Positions 49,440 to 59,537 of a stretch of 64,000 bases of DNA are shown piece after piece; positions within the stretch are counted from its first letter, which is position 1, and every line of letters starts with the position of its first letter. The notes beneath the pieces are model-generated. The model had not been told where the DNA came from. It ran no database searches and saw only the letters and a program-made list of their open reading frames with translations. Source of the DNA: Gemmatales bacterium (GTDB lineage Bacteria; Planctomycetota; Planctomycetia; Gemmatales; HRBIN36); contig JBEPZY010000003.1 of assembly GCA_041640595.1 (NCBI GenBank), forward strand, positions 476,342-540,341, read 5' to 3'. The translations under genes were made by a program, and so were the position numbers.

Positions 49440-51215
49440 TCAGCGCTGGCTTTCCCAGCGCCACACCAGCCAGCTATGCGCGATGAGCAGCCCCAGCGCC
49501 ACCAGCAAAAATGCCCAGCTGGTATCGCGGTAATGCCTGCGGAGAATTTCCTCGTCCAGCCACTGGCCCCACTGGCCGCGTGCGCATCGGCGAAGATCGG
49601 ATTCTCCCGGCTGCAGCATGTTCACGCCGATTTTCCAGTGGCGGCTACCGTCGGTAATTTCGTACACGCCGAGCCTTTGCAACGGCACGAACGCCACGCC
49701 CTGCCGCACCGGATATTCTGTTTCGTTCCCGTCCGGCAAACGGCATACGATGACCGGTGCCTTGTCGGCCGATCCCGCAAACTTCGCCGAAGCATCGCAG
49801 CGAACCCGTAGCACCTCGCCAATTCGGGCCGAAACCGTTTCCGGTCCTGGCAATTCGCGGCGACGCCAGTCCACCAGATTCGTCCAGAGGATCGGCCAAT
49901 CAGGTACGCGGTGCAGATTGGAAAGCTCCGGAATCAGCCGCAACCGAAAGTGCCGACGATTCAGCCCGCGCAAAGTTTCGGTGAGCAACGGCACGTCTCC
50001 CACGCTGACGATGGGCGTACCTTCGATGGCTTCGCGGCGTGCTCCCCAGATCGCTCCCTGCAAAGTCAAACCCTCACACAGCGGATGCTGTCGGTCGAGA
50101 ATGAATGGCCCGGTAAAAGCCTCGCCGTCTTTTTCCACAATCAACTGCACCAGCCAGGTCGTGCCAGCGGGTCGAGCGGTGGGGCTATCGGTAATCCACA
50201 CCTGCGGGGCGGTGCTGTCGAAAACTACCGGGCCTGTTGCCAGCAACGCTTTCTCCAGTGCCGAGCGCAAAGCGGCGTGGCTCACTTCCAGACGAACCTG
50301 GATGGGCGAAATCGGTGCGCGGACGAGCCAGACGTGATTGTCGGCCTCCAGGTCATCGGCAGGTAACACGGCTTCCACGAGTTCGAGCTGAGCCGGGACG
50401 GTAAAGTGCAGGGTCTGCGTCTCGCCTGGTTGCAGGGTGATCGGCGTTTCCTGCAAGAGGGTTTGCCCTGAGCGTAACTGCAAAACCGTGCTGGTCGGTT
50501 CGGCGGAGTAGTTGGCCAGCTCCGGCACCAACCGATCGCGGTCTTTGCCTGCCGTGCGAACGGCATGGATGATTGCCACATTTTGTTTCGGCGATCCACA
50601 CGCCCACCACTGGAGCCAGCCCGCTTCCACAGGGACAGCCGGCGGCGTATCGGTGAGTACCAGAACCAGTGTGTCAGCGCCACCCCATTCCCGAGCGGTA
50701 GCCAGAGCGCGTTCCAGCGAAGCCATCGGCTGCCAGCACTGCCACTGCTCCAACATCGGATCGAGCGCGTGGAGCTCGGTAACCGCAGGGCCGAGCCATT
50801 GCGGGGTGGTTCCGGCCAGAAGTAACCGCACCGAAGCGAAACGCCGGTGCCGCAATAGCTCTCGCAGCTGCCGCTCCGCTTCGGCACGGGCCGACGGTTG
50901 ACCAGCCTGCATGGAGAGCGAATCGTCGAGGATCACGACGAGTGGCCGGACCGATTGCGGCATCAGCAGATGCACGCCCAGTGCTGCTGCCACAATCGTC
51001 ACCAGCGCCAGGAGTTCCAGGAAAAACAACCACGGCAGGTGCAGTCTCTGCCAGCGCACACCGGCATCACGCAGTTCCGGAATATCTCGCCAGAACAGGA
51101 GCGTCGAAACCGGTCGCGGTCGGTAACGAAAACGGAGCCAGTAAATGGCCACCAGAACCGGCACAGCGGCCAGTCCTGCCAGAGCCCACGGTGTGGTCCA
51201 GACCAGCGGCGTCAT
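49440..51215 (-). CDS. BatA/VWA-domain membrane protein
   Basis: BatA-like N-terminus (PVLVAIYWL..VSTLLFW); MIDAS DDSLSM; C-terminal ESDL plus TM helix. Confidence 0.85.
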   Translation of the reverse strand: MTPLVWTTPWALAGLAAVPVLVAIYWLRFRYRPRPVSTLLFWRDIPELRDAGVRWQRLHLPWLFFLELLALVTIVAAALGVHLLMPQSVRPLVVILDDSLSMQAGQPSARAEAERQLRELLRHRRFASVRLLLAGTTPQWLGPAVTELHALDPMLEQWQCWQPMASLERALATAREWGGADTLVLVLTDTPPAVPVEAGWLQWWACGSPKQNVAIIHAVRTAGKDRDRLVPELANYSAEPTSTVLQLRSGQTLLQETPITLQPGETQTLHFTVPAQLELVEAVLPADDLEADNHVWLVRAPISPIQVRLEVSHAALRSALEKALLATGPVVFDSTAPQVWITDSPTARPAGTTWLVQLIVEKDGEAFTGPFILDRQHPLCEGLTLQGAIWGARREAIEGTPIVSVGDVPLLTETLRGLNRRHFRLRLIPELSNLHRVPDWPILWTNLVDWRRRELPGPETVSARIGEVLRVRCDASAKFAGSADKAPVIVCRLPDGNETEYPVRQGVAFVPLQRLGVYEITDGSRHWKIGVNMLQPGESDLRRCARGQWGQWLDEEILRRHYRDTSWAFLLVALGLLIAHSWLVWRWESQR

Positions 51216-51227
51216 GAGCCGACTCCG

Positions 51228-52118
51228 TTAGCTTTTACCCGGTTGCAAAAGCTCTGCCTGCAACAATGCTCGCGGAGTCCAATCCTGGATGAATTCCTCC
51301 GCAACCACCTGCACCAGTGTTGCTCCTGTCTGCCGACAGGCCCGCTCCCATTGTTGCTGATGCTGCTCCAAACAGGCGCGGTAACGTTCCAGCGCCGCTT
51401 CGTTGACCAGCAGGTCGCGCTGATGGCCCGTTTCGATATCCACCAGCCGTACCTGACCCCGCATGGGTGGCGCCAGGTCTTCTTCTGCCAGCACCTGCAC
51501 CAGGACAACCAGAGCGGCCTGCCAGGTGAGTTGCGCCAGGATGAGCTGCGGATCCTCAGTCCAGAACAAATCGCTGACCAGCACCCGCACCGATCGCGGT
51601 CGCCAGGGGGGCGTATCACGCAACAAAACTTCGCCCGCGGAAAGATGGCCGGTAAATCCGCTGAATGGCCATTCCGTGGGTGCCTGGGATCCGCTGGCGA
51701 GCATGCTGCACCGTTCCTGAAGCAGAAAGAGGCGGTAGGAAAAACCGCTATTCTCTGCCGCTGCCGCGAGCATCGCCGTCAGGCCCAGCGCGGCCCGTCC
51801 TTTTTCGCTTTCGGGTAAATCCATGGAACGCGAGCCGTCCAGTATCAATTCCAGATGCGGGTGCAATTCCTGTTCGAAGACCTTGACCAGTAAACGATCG
51901 CTGCGGGCACTGGCATGCCAGTCGAGATGCCGCAAATCATCCCCCGGACGGTATTCGCGATGTTCACGGAATTCCAGCGAACAGCCGGCGGCACTGGCCA
52001 GGTGCCGATCGGATTGCCCGACCGGTGACCGACGCAGCACCCGCCACTGGTAACGGTAACCTTCCCGTTCACCCCGTTCCAGCACCCGCATCCAGAAAGC
52101 ATCCATCACGCAAGTCAC
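51228..52118 (-). CDS. DUF58 domain protein
   Basis: EFREHREYRPGDDLRHLDW, LDGSRSM and VSDLF motifs. Confidence 0.92.
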   Translation of the reverse strand: MTCVMDAFWMRVLERGEREGYRYQWRVLRRSPVGQSDRHLASAAGCSLEFREHREYRPGDDLRHLDWHASARSDRLLVKVFEQELHPHLELILDGSRSMDLPESEKGRAALGLTAMLAAAAENSGFSYRLFLLQERCSMLASGSQAPTEWPFSGFTGHLSAGEVLLRDTPPWRPRSVRVLVSDLFWTEDPQLILAQLTWQAALVVLVQVLAEEDLAPPMRGQVRLVDIETGHQRDLLVNEAALERYRACLEQHQQQWERACRQTGATLVQVVAEEFIQDWTPRALLQAELLQPGKS

Positions 52119-52404
52119 CTCGTTCGCAGTCGCGGGTAAATTGTTCGGCCGCTCTTTCGGCTCCCGATGGCTTCCTCGGAGACGACATGCCCAAGTGGTA
52201 CCGGCACGTAATCGCCCACGCTTCCGGCTCGTGTTGGCTTCCTCTGCGATGCAATGCGATAGCTATACTCCCAAATGTTCGTTCGCTCCTGCCTTATTAC
52301 CTTCCACCCTTGCAGGTGGAGGTTGGAATACGAAAGCTACACGCCCAAATGTTCGTTTACCCTTTCCGCTCCCGACCAGCCCGCCACACTGGCGACTGGT
52401 GAAC

Positions 52405-52880
52405 GGTCACTGACGACCACTCCCTGACCCGCGACCCCTGGCCGCTGGCCATTAGCCACGGATCACTAAGCACCAATCACCGGCCACCGATCACCGACCA
52501 CTGGTCACCGGTCAGTGATCACTGACCACTCACTGATGACTGGGCGATGGCCGCTGGCCACTAGCCACTGATCACCGGTCACTGCTCACTGGCCACCGAT
52601 CAGCGCCCACTGGTCACCGGTCACCGATCACTGACCACTCGCTGATGACTGGCCACTAGGCACTGATCACCGGCCACCGATCACCGGCCACTGGTCACCG
52701 GTCAGTGATCACTGACCACTCACTGATGACTGGGCGATGGCCGCTGGCCACTAGCCACTGATCACCGGTCACTGCTCACCGGCCACCGATCAGCGGCCAC
52801 TGGTCACCGGTCACCGATCAGTGACCACTCGCTGATGACTGGCCACTAGCCACTGATCACTGGCCACTGCTCACCGGCCA
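52405..52880 (+). repeat. Heptamer (CACYGRY) tandem array with a 190-bp higher-order duplication
   Basis: Units CACTGAT/CACTGGC/CACCGGT/CACCGAT; 52481-52670 nearly identical to 52671-52860. Confidence 0.92.
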
Positions 52881-54562
52881 CCAGCTTCCGCTGGCTGCTC
52901 GTTCGGCGTTGCTTCGGCCGGAGTCCGTGAGGGACTCGCTTTCGGTGGCGGTGCAAATCGCCGTACCTTGTCCCACCACCAGTAAAAGGTCACCGACCCG
53001 ACAATCGCCAGCCACATGAGTACGAGGATCGTGCTGGATACGTAAACATACCAGCGTTCGTGCCGGTACAGAACGTCCATGCCCAGGGCTTCGAACACCG
53101 CGTAGGGCGTGAAAACAAACGCGAATGCCAGCAGATCCTCCGGCACACGCAGCAGCGCCAGCACAACCGCGACCAGCAGCGAGGCAAATGCAATAAGCCC
53201 AACTTCCAAAAGCAGCAATACCCAGCCCGGAACCAGCTTGCCTCGCTGCCACTCCAAATACCGCCGCAACGTCAGTGCCGTCAACGCATAGGCAATGACG
53301 TAGCAGTCGGCCATAAAAGCGATAAACTCCCACTCAAGCCATGTATCGCTGGCGTAAGAGTAAAATAGCCCCTTAAACAGCCGCGCGCTGGTTCCAGCCC
53401 AGGAGAGCCAGAAGCCTATGAACCGCCGCGTCACCAGGCTGAAAACAGTCAGCACCAGGGCCAGCGTCAGGCCGTTGGCAGCTCCCGTATAAAACGGAAA
53501 CGCCAGCACCCGCAGCCAGCGAGTTCGTGGCACCTGCGCCAGCACACGCCGATTCCATTCCAGACGTTCGCTTACCGCAATACACCAGGCCAGCCAGCCG
53601 GTCACTGCGATTGTTCGTTCCATCATTTGAATTAGCTCCAGGTACGGGCTGGAGGATGTCGGTCCAAATAAGCTCGAAAATAGTTCGACCAGTGCCAGGA
53701 CCGCGATCCAGTAACCGATGGGCACCGCCAGCAACATGATTTTGAACGGCATGAGCCGATTACTCGGCGGTGGGCTGAGCAATGCGTGCGTGGCGGTGAA
53801 AAGCAGGATAAAACCAGCCACCAGCGTCAACGCCACAAAGCTCGAAACTACAATCACGCCTTCGTGATCGAATAAACCGGGTCCCCCGGCGAATATGGCC
53901 ACCGAACCGCCAGTCAACATGCCGACGCCTAGAAGCAGGCCGAACACCACTCCCAGGCCCAGCAACACCGCGAAGGGTCGGGGAGCAGGAATGGCCGCAA
54001 CGAACAACGCTGCCTGGACAGCGGTCATCATGGCCAGCACGTCCAGTCCCAAGAGTATTCCCGCGTAAAACAGGTCCAGTCCCCGCAGAAAATAGGCCAT
54101 GGTCATCACCGGTGCGGAGGCACTGAAGAACAACAATCCCAGCACCAGGGCCGCCAGCAATTTCCCCAGCACCAGCCATACCGGACGCAGCGGGGTGATG
54201 AACATCAGATCCAGGTTCACGTCCGAACGCTCCAGAAACAACCGCGTCCCGGCATATAAGGGAAGCAAACCGACTATGGTGATCGCCAGCTGTATCTGAA
54301 CGGCCAGAAAGACTTGCGCACCTACCGGGGATTCCGTCCAGATTTGCTCGGCAACGGACATCAAGATGATGCCGACCACCACCAGCTGCACCACCAGGTA
54401 AAGCAGGAACATCACCAGGGCGGTCCAGCCCCGGACTGCCTGTCGCAATTCCTTGACGACGATGGGATTGGGCCAGTCGGCCAGCCATTCGCCGAGCCGA
54501 CGCAGCAACGATCGCGGTTGACCGTCCTGGGCGAGGTTCAGCGTTGCCGGGGCCGAACTCAT
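52871..54562 (-). CDS. ABC-2-type transporter permease-like membrane protein
   Basis: NPIVVKELRQ and ER..LDLMFITPL..VLGKL motifs; many TM helices; ATGA overlap with the ATPase gene. Confidence 0.8.
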   Translation of the reverse strand: MSSAPATLNLAQDGQPRSLLRRLGEWLADWPNPIVVKELRQAVRGWTALVMFLLYLVVQLVVVGIILMSVAEQIWTESPVGAQVFLAVQIQLAITIVGLLPLYAGTRLFLERSDVNLDLMFITPLRPVWLVLGKLLAALVLGLLFFSASAPVMTMAYFLRGLDLFYAGILLGLDVLAMMTAVQAALFVAAIPAPRPFAVLLGLGVVFGLLLGVGMLTGGSVAIFAGGPGLFDHEGVIVVSSFVALTLVAGFILLFTATHALLSPPPSNRLMPFKIMLLAVPIGYWIAVLALVELFSSLFGPTSSSPYLELIQMMERTIAVTGWLAWCIAVSERLEWNRRVLAQVPRTRWLRVLAFPFYTGAANGLTLALVLTVFSLVTRRFIGFWLSWAGTSARLFKGLFYSYASDTWLEWEFIAFMADCYVIAYALTALTLRRYLEWQRGKLVPGWVLLLLEVGLIAFASLLVAVVLALLRVPEDLLAFAFVFTPYAVFEALGMDVLYRHERWYVYVSSTILVLMWLAIVGSVTFYWWWDKVRRFAPPPKASPSRTPAEATPNEQPAEAGGR

Positions 54563-55488
54563 GCCACTTCTCCTTTCGTTACCGCCAGGAAGAGCTGTTC
54601 CAGAGCCGCCGATTCGATCTGGAATTCGACAACCGGCAATCCCTGACGAACCAGTTCGGCCAGTACGGTACAACACTCGCCATCGCCGCCACGAATCCAG
54701 ATTCGCAGCACCTGATCCGCACGGGCCACCGATTCGACATGCGGCAGGCAAGAAACTTTTTCCAGTGCCCCGTCCAGGCTCTCCAGCAATCGCAGGCGAA
54801 CCACCCGATGCGTCGTGCTTTCCTGGAGGACCTGCTGCAACGAACCCGCCCGCACCAGCTTGCCTCGCTCCAGGATCACCACACCGGTGATCATCTGCTC
54901 CAGTTCGGCCAGGATGTGGGAACTGACCAGGATGGCTTTGCCCTGATTGCACAGGGCCCGCAACAGTTCGCGTAATTCGATACGGGCTCGCGGATCCAGC
55001 CCGGCAGCCGGTTCGTCTAAAACCAGAATGGGCGGATCGTGCAGCAATGCCCGCGCCACGCTCACTCGCTGTTTCATTCCCTTGGACAGGGCATGGATGC
55101 TTTTCTCTCGCAGATTGACGAGGTTGGTGAATTCCTCGATGCTTTCGACGACTCGCCGGCGGAGTTGTCCCCGCAAACCACAGGCACGAGCGAAAAAGTC
55201 GAGGTATTCGTGGACGTTAATATCGCGGTGGTTCGGTAAGGAATCGGGTACGAATCCAATCAGCCGCCTGCCCTGCTCCGGATACTGCACGATGGAAACA
55301 CCGTCCACGCGAACATCCCCGGCAGTCGGTTCGTCGAGCGTGGCCAGGATGCGCATGAGTGTGGTTTTGCCGGCCCCGTTCGGCCCCACCAGTCCGATAA
55401 TCTGGTGCGTGGCAAAGGAAAACGAGACGTCGTCCACCGCTTTCACTTTGCCGAAATAACGCTTCAATCCGTCAATTTCCACCAGCAT
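54559..55488 (-). CDS. ABC transporter ATP-binding protein
   Basis: Walker A GPNGAGKTT, signature LSKGMKQR, Walker B LVLDEP and SSH switch. Confidence 0.95.
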   Translation of the reverse strand: MLVEIDGLKRYFGKVKAVDDVSFSFATHQIIGLVGPNGAGKTTLMRILATLDEPTAGDVRVDGVSIVQYPEQGRRLIGFVPDSLPNHRDINVHEYLDFFARACGLRGQLRRRVVESIEEFTNLVNLREKSIHALSKGMKQRVSVARALLHDPPILVLDEPAAGLDPRARIELRELLRALCNQGKAILVSSHILAELEQMITGVVILERGKLVRAGSLQQVLQESTTHRVVRLRLLESLDGALEKVSCLPHVESVARADQVLRIWIRGGDGECCTVLAELVRQGLPVVEFQIESAALEQLFLAVTKGEVA

Positions 55489-55513
55489 GGCTTGGCTCAC
55501 GAAGTAGCAGAGT

Positions 55514-58027
55514 CTAGCGCGGCGGGTCGAATATGCCCAGGACCCAGCAGCGTTCCTCGCGCGACTTGACCCAGCGCAGGCCCGGCCCCAGGAATCGGCT
55601 TTCTTCCAGTTCCGCCAGATACCGTCCCGGACACAGCAATTGATGCGCTTTCGGCCCATCCTCGGCCAGCAATTCGGCTGACCAGTGACGCAGTCCGGAA
55701 CCGCCACTGCCCAGAACTAACCAGTTATGCAACGTCCCTGGGAAAAAACTCGGCAATGAAAGCGGCCGTCCAGTGGTCGGCTCGGTTTTCCCAGGTTGGA
55801 CGATTACAACCTTGGGAAGGCCGATTCGTTCATCGGGAGGATTGATAATGTCGCCGGGAGGAGTCGGCGGGACTGGCGTTCGCCACCGCGACCATGCAGC
55901 TTTCCAGACGTGGACCCAGATGTCGACGGCACTCTGATACTCGGCCGGTGGGTCGCAGGGCTGCAATTCGATTTCCTGTCCGGCGGGCAAAGAATCAGCC
56001 GACCACCACCGTCCATCGTGGTCGCAGAGCAATAGTTTCCTTACTCCGCAGCCCAGTCCGTTGGCCGCGAATAGCCGTCCCCCGTCGCGGCGAAGTTCGA
56101 GCCGTTCCCGCCGCACTTCGCACCGCCTCACCGTAGCGTATTCGGTTACTCGCGGCACCACCCAACCGCTGACCAGATGCTGCTTCTCCGACCAATCCAC
56201 CACCGTTTGCCGTGGCTGACTCGCGCGGCGAGCATAATAGCGGCGACCGTAGGGGCCGTACGGACCATAGCGGCCATACGGATCGTATTCCCCGGCTGTC
56301 TCGAAAAACGTCGGTTCGGTATCGTAGTCCAGCTGTATTCCGCCAGGAGGTGTGATCGGCGAGTAAATGGCCAGCACACCGAGCGTGCTCGCCCGATGAT
56401 GCCGTTCGTCCAGAACCGTCAGAGCACGCACACCAATCCGCGCCGAAACCCCTTCTGCCAGGAAACCGTACAGGAACACCACCAGGCTCCCCGTCAGAGC
56501 GATCACCGGCACCACCCAGACCAACCAGATGCGCCGCTTGAATCGGCCCAGCACAAACAGCGTCACCGGCCCAATCAACGCCGAGAACAGCAGCAGGATC
56601 ACAAAGAAACCCAGCACCGGTACGCCGATCCCCCGCACCCCTGTAAACGCTTGCCTGAGCAACTGCTCACGAGGATCCTCCGAGGCCAATAGTTCGTGGC
56701 TGACCCGAAAGCAAGATTCGACACTTTTGCCCCAATTTGTCAAAACCTGGCCTGCCACTCTGCTGGTCACCAGCACCTGGCGGGTCTGGCCAGGCGATAC
56801 GGGTGTGGGCTGGTGCGTTTGCACCAGCACATAATACACTTGCCCGAATCCGCACGGCAGATAACCGCCATGCCCGGTCTCTGTCAGTCCCAGTTCCGGC
56901 TCCAGTTGCGGCAGTACCTCGGGCGTTTTGGGTTGCTGGCCGTTCTGACCGTCGGATTTCTGCCCTTTCGACTTTTCGACGGCAAGCACAGCCGCCATCG
57001 CATCGGTAGCCGGGAACGAACTCAGAATCTCCTGTCGCCGCGCTAACGCTGTTTTCTGCAAAGACTCATCGCCCGGAGCAAAATCCTCGAGCACGAGCGT
57101 CCCCTGGGGCGTATCGGTCGCAGCGGGCTTTTTCGGAGGCGCGACCGTATGCACATCGAGAAACACCAGCGAACCGCCCAGCGTTACCCAGCGAATAATG
57201 GCCTCCTGCACTTCTGCTGGTGCCTCCCACCAATCTTTCGGCGTCAGCACCATCCCCTGAAAGGCCGAGTAACTGATCCAGTGGCTGTCCCAGTCTCGAA
57301 CGGGGGCATCCCAGACACACAACGCCAGTTCCCGCTGAATGAAAGCTTCGGGGCCGATTCCAACGGGTCCCGTGTCAAGTGGCTTAGTCATTGGCATTGT
57401 GGCAACCCAGGGGCCACTATACGGGCTCCAACTGCTCGAATACATCTGCTGCGGTTGTTCCGTAAGCTCGAAGCGCACCTGCCTTTCCCGTAGGAATCCG
57501 CGAGGCAACCAGTCAGAGTGGTCTCCGAAGACCAGACCGCGTGCGAAACGTGCAGCGTCGCTGCTGGCTAAAACCCGCGGAGTGTGGGCCAGCATGAATC
57601 CGCTGCGCGATAAACCGCTGAACCGCAAAGTGTTGTCCACCTGGCGACCGTTGACGAAAAATTGCAGGGCCAGTTCCGAGTATGCCGGGGCTGGTAGCCA
57701 GAGCGTCGCCCGAGCAGTGCTCCGGGGTTCGACGGTAACCTTTCGCAGCGCCCGCCAGTTGACGTGGCGATAGGTGGCGGTTTCCGGACACCGCACTTCG
57801 ATTTCGTACCGCCGGTCGGAACCGTTTTCGATCACGCACACCACCGGCCAGTAGCCGAGCGTGTGCCCAGCGTTAAGATTCGGGGAGTGAGCCAGGACAC
57901 GCACCTGCGGGGCCAGTTCCAACTGTCCCCACACTGCGGCCGGACAGCACCACACCGCTAGCACAACCGCCAGACCAACACCTGGCCCGCTCCGTTTTAT
58001 CACAGCGTTCCGGAAGTGCGCGAACAT
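55514..58027 (-). CDS. Large exported/membrane hypothetical protein (837 aa)
   Basis: Signal peptide; WVTLGGSLV and GFGQV segments; two TM helices (LIGPV..W..VP); lies within the MoxR/ABC cluster. Confidence 0.8.
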   Translation of the reverse strand: MFAHFRNAVIKRSGPGVGLAVVLAVWCCPAAVWGQLELAPQVRVLAHSPNLNAGHTLGYWPVVCVIENGSDRRYEIEVRCPETATYRHVNWRALRKVTVEPRSTARATLWLPAPAYSELALQFFVNGRQVDNTLRFSGLSRSGFMLAHTPRVLASSDAARFARGLVFGDHSDWLPRGFLRERQVRFELTEQPQQMYSSSWSPYSGPWVATMPMTKPLDTGPVGIGPEAFIQRELALCVWDAPVRDWDSHWISYSAFQGMVLTPKDWWEAPAEVQEAIIRWVTLGGSLVFLDVHTVAPPKKPAATDTPQGTLVLEDFAPGDESLQKTALARRQEILSSFPATDAMAAVLAVEKSKGQKSDGQNGQQPKTPEVLPQLEPELGLTETGHGGYLPCGFGQVYYVLVQTHQPTPVSPGQTRQVLVTSRVAGQVLTNWGKSVESCFRVSHELLASEDPREQLLRQAFTGVRGIGVPVLGFFVILLLFSALIGPVTLFVLGRFKRRIWLVWVVPVIALTGSLVVFLYGFLAEGVSARIGVRALTVLDERHHRASTLGVLAIYSPITPPGGIQLDYDTEPTFFETAGEYDPYGRYGPYGPYGRRYYARRASQPRQTVVDWSEKQHLVSGWVVPRVTEYATVRRCEVRRERLELRRDGGRLFAANGLGCGVRKLLLCDHDGRWWSADSLPAGQEIELQPCDPPAEYQSAVDIWVHVWKAAWSRWRTPVPPTPPGDIINPPDERIGLPKVVIVQPGKTEPTTGRPLSLPSFFPGTLHNWLVLGSGGSGLRHWSAELLAEDGPKAHQLLCPGRYLAELEESRFLGPGLRWVKSREERCWVLGIFDPPR

Positions 58028-58312
58028 GGTTGGTCCCTCCGGCCATTCACGATCCCATCAGACTCACGCCACCCGCTCCCGCTTGGGCATGCGCAAGTCA
58101 ATCCCGCTTGGGTATGCGGAAGTCGGTATGGCGTGCCTTTCCCTCGGCAGTCGCTTCCAGGCTATTTCCCACGTTGTTCGGCCACCGCAATATGAACGGA
58201 TAGTCTTCTGCGGGCATCAGGCCATAGAAGTTATCCCTGACGCTGGTGCATCGGCCCGCATCAAAGGGCGGCAAGTCAGCGGATTGGTCGCATCTTCTAT
58301 CCGGACGAGGAT

Positions 58313-59353
58313 TCACCGGCCCGGCGTTTGGAGCTGGACGTCGTCAGGCAAATCGAGCGGCACGGCGGGTATTTGTTGCAGTAGCTGCTCGATGACCTGA
58401 GCGGGAGTAACGCGATCGAGGCGTGCTTTGTAGGCCAGAAGCACGCGGTGTTGCAGAGCGGGTATGGCGACGGCTCGGATATCCTCGAAACCGACGGTAG
58501 GTCGGCCGCATAAAAGTGCGTGCGCTCGCCCCGCTTCGGCCAGAGCAATCGCTCCGCGCGGACTGGAACCGTAGGCGACATATTCTTTGACCAGCGGCGG
58601 TGCCAGGGGCGATTGGGCATGCGTCGCCGACACCAGCCGCGCAATATACCGCGATACCGCTTTCGGCAAATAAATGCGTTCCATCAGCTGATACAGTCTG
58701 ACCAGCTCTTCCCGACTCAACGCCCAATCCGGTTTGGGAGGTTCGCCACGCCGACGCGTGCTGATAATCCCGTCCAGCACGTCTTCCGACACCTGTTCGA
58801 CCATCAGTTTGAACAGGAAGCGATCCAGTTGCGCTTCGGGTAACGGATAGGTGCCTTCCAGTTCGATAGGGTTTTGCGAGGCCAGGACGAAAAACGGTTC
58901 CGGGAGCGGTCGGGTGGTTCCCAAAAGCGTTACCTGCCGTTCCTGCATCGCCTCCAGCAGGGCCGACTGCGTTTTCGGTGAAGCGCGGTTGATTTCATCG
59001 GCCAGCAGCAAATTGGTAAAAATCGGCCCCGGACGAAATACCAGTTCCCGATGACCGTCCTGGCTTTCCTGCAAAATGTAGCTGCCGAGAATATCGCCCG
59101 GCATCAGATCGGGAGTGAATTGCACCCGTTTGAACTCCAGCTGCAACAGTTGCCCCAGCGCCTTGATCAGTGTGGTCTTGCCAACACCCGGCACGCCTTC
59201 CAGCAACACATGCCCGCGACTGAGTAAGGCGACTATGACCAGGCGATGCAATTCCGACCGGCCTAACAACATCCGATCCAATTCGCTGAGCAGACGCTGC
59301 AACACCGTCCCGGCTGCTTCCAGCTCCTTGGTCGTCGGCAACGAGACCGTCAT
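58313..59353 (-). CDS. moxR: MoxR-family AAA+ ATPase
   Basis: GVPGVGKT, RVQFTPDLMPGD, LADEINRASPKTQSALLEAM and GTYPLPEAQLDRF motifs. Confidence 0.96.
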   Translation of the reverse strand: MTVSLPTTKELEAAGTVLQRLLSELDRMLLGRSELHRLVIVALLSRGHVLLEGVPGVGKTTLIKALGQLLQLEFKRVQFTPDLMPGDILGSYILQESQDGHRELVFRPGPIFTNLLLADEINRASPKTQSALLEAMQERQVTLLGTTRPLPEPFFVLASQNPIELEGTYPLPEAQLDRFLFKLMVEQVSEDVLDGIISTRRRGEPPKPDWALSREELVRLYQLMERIYLPKAVSRYIARLVSATHAQSPLAPPLVKEYVAYGSSPRGAIALAEAGRAHALLCGRPTVGFEDIRAVAIPALQHRVLLAYKARLDRVTPAQVIEQLLQQIPAVPLDLPDDVQLQTPGR

Positions 59354-59537
59354 GGTTTCCCCGCTGTATTTGCGACCATGTCAGGGACGAGGATCATTCG
59401 CTCGGCATCCGCAATCGCTCGCGTCCTCGTCCTGGCTTATCTGGACCCCGATGATTTGCAATCCGGCGTTGCCTGCAAAATTCGGAGCGACTCCCGTTCT
59501 TGCTGGCCGGGCTGAATTCCAGGCATTGTGACGGAGG

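Noticed and set aside
58198..58236. Imperfect hairpin between moxR and the 837-aa gene
   Set aside because: No U-tract, several mismatches, and no recognisable RNA family
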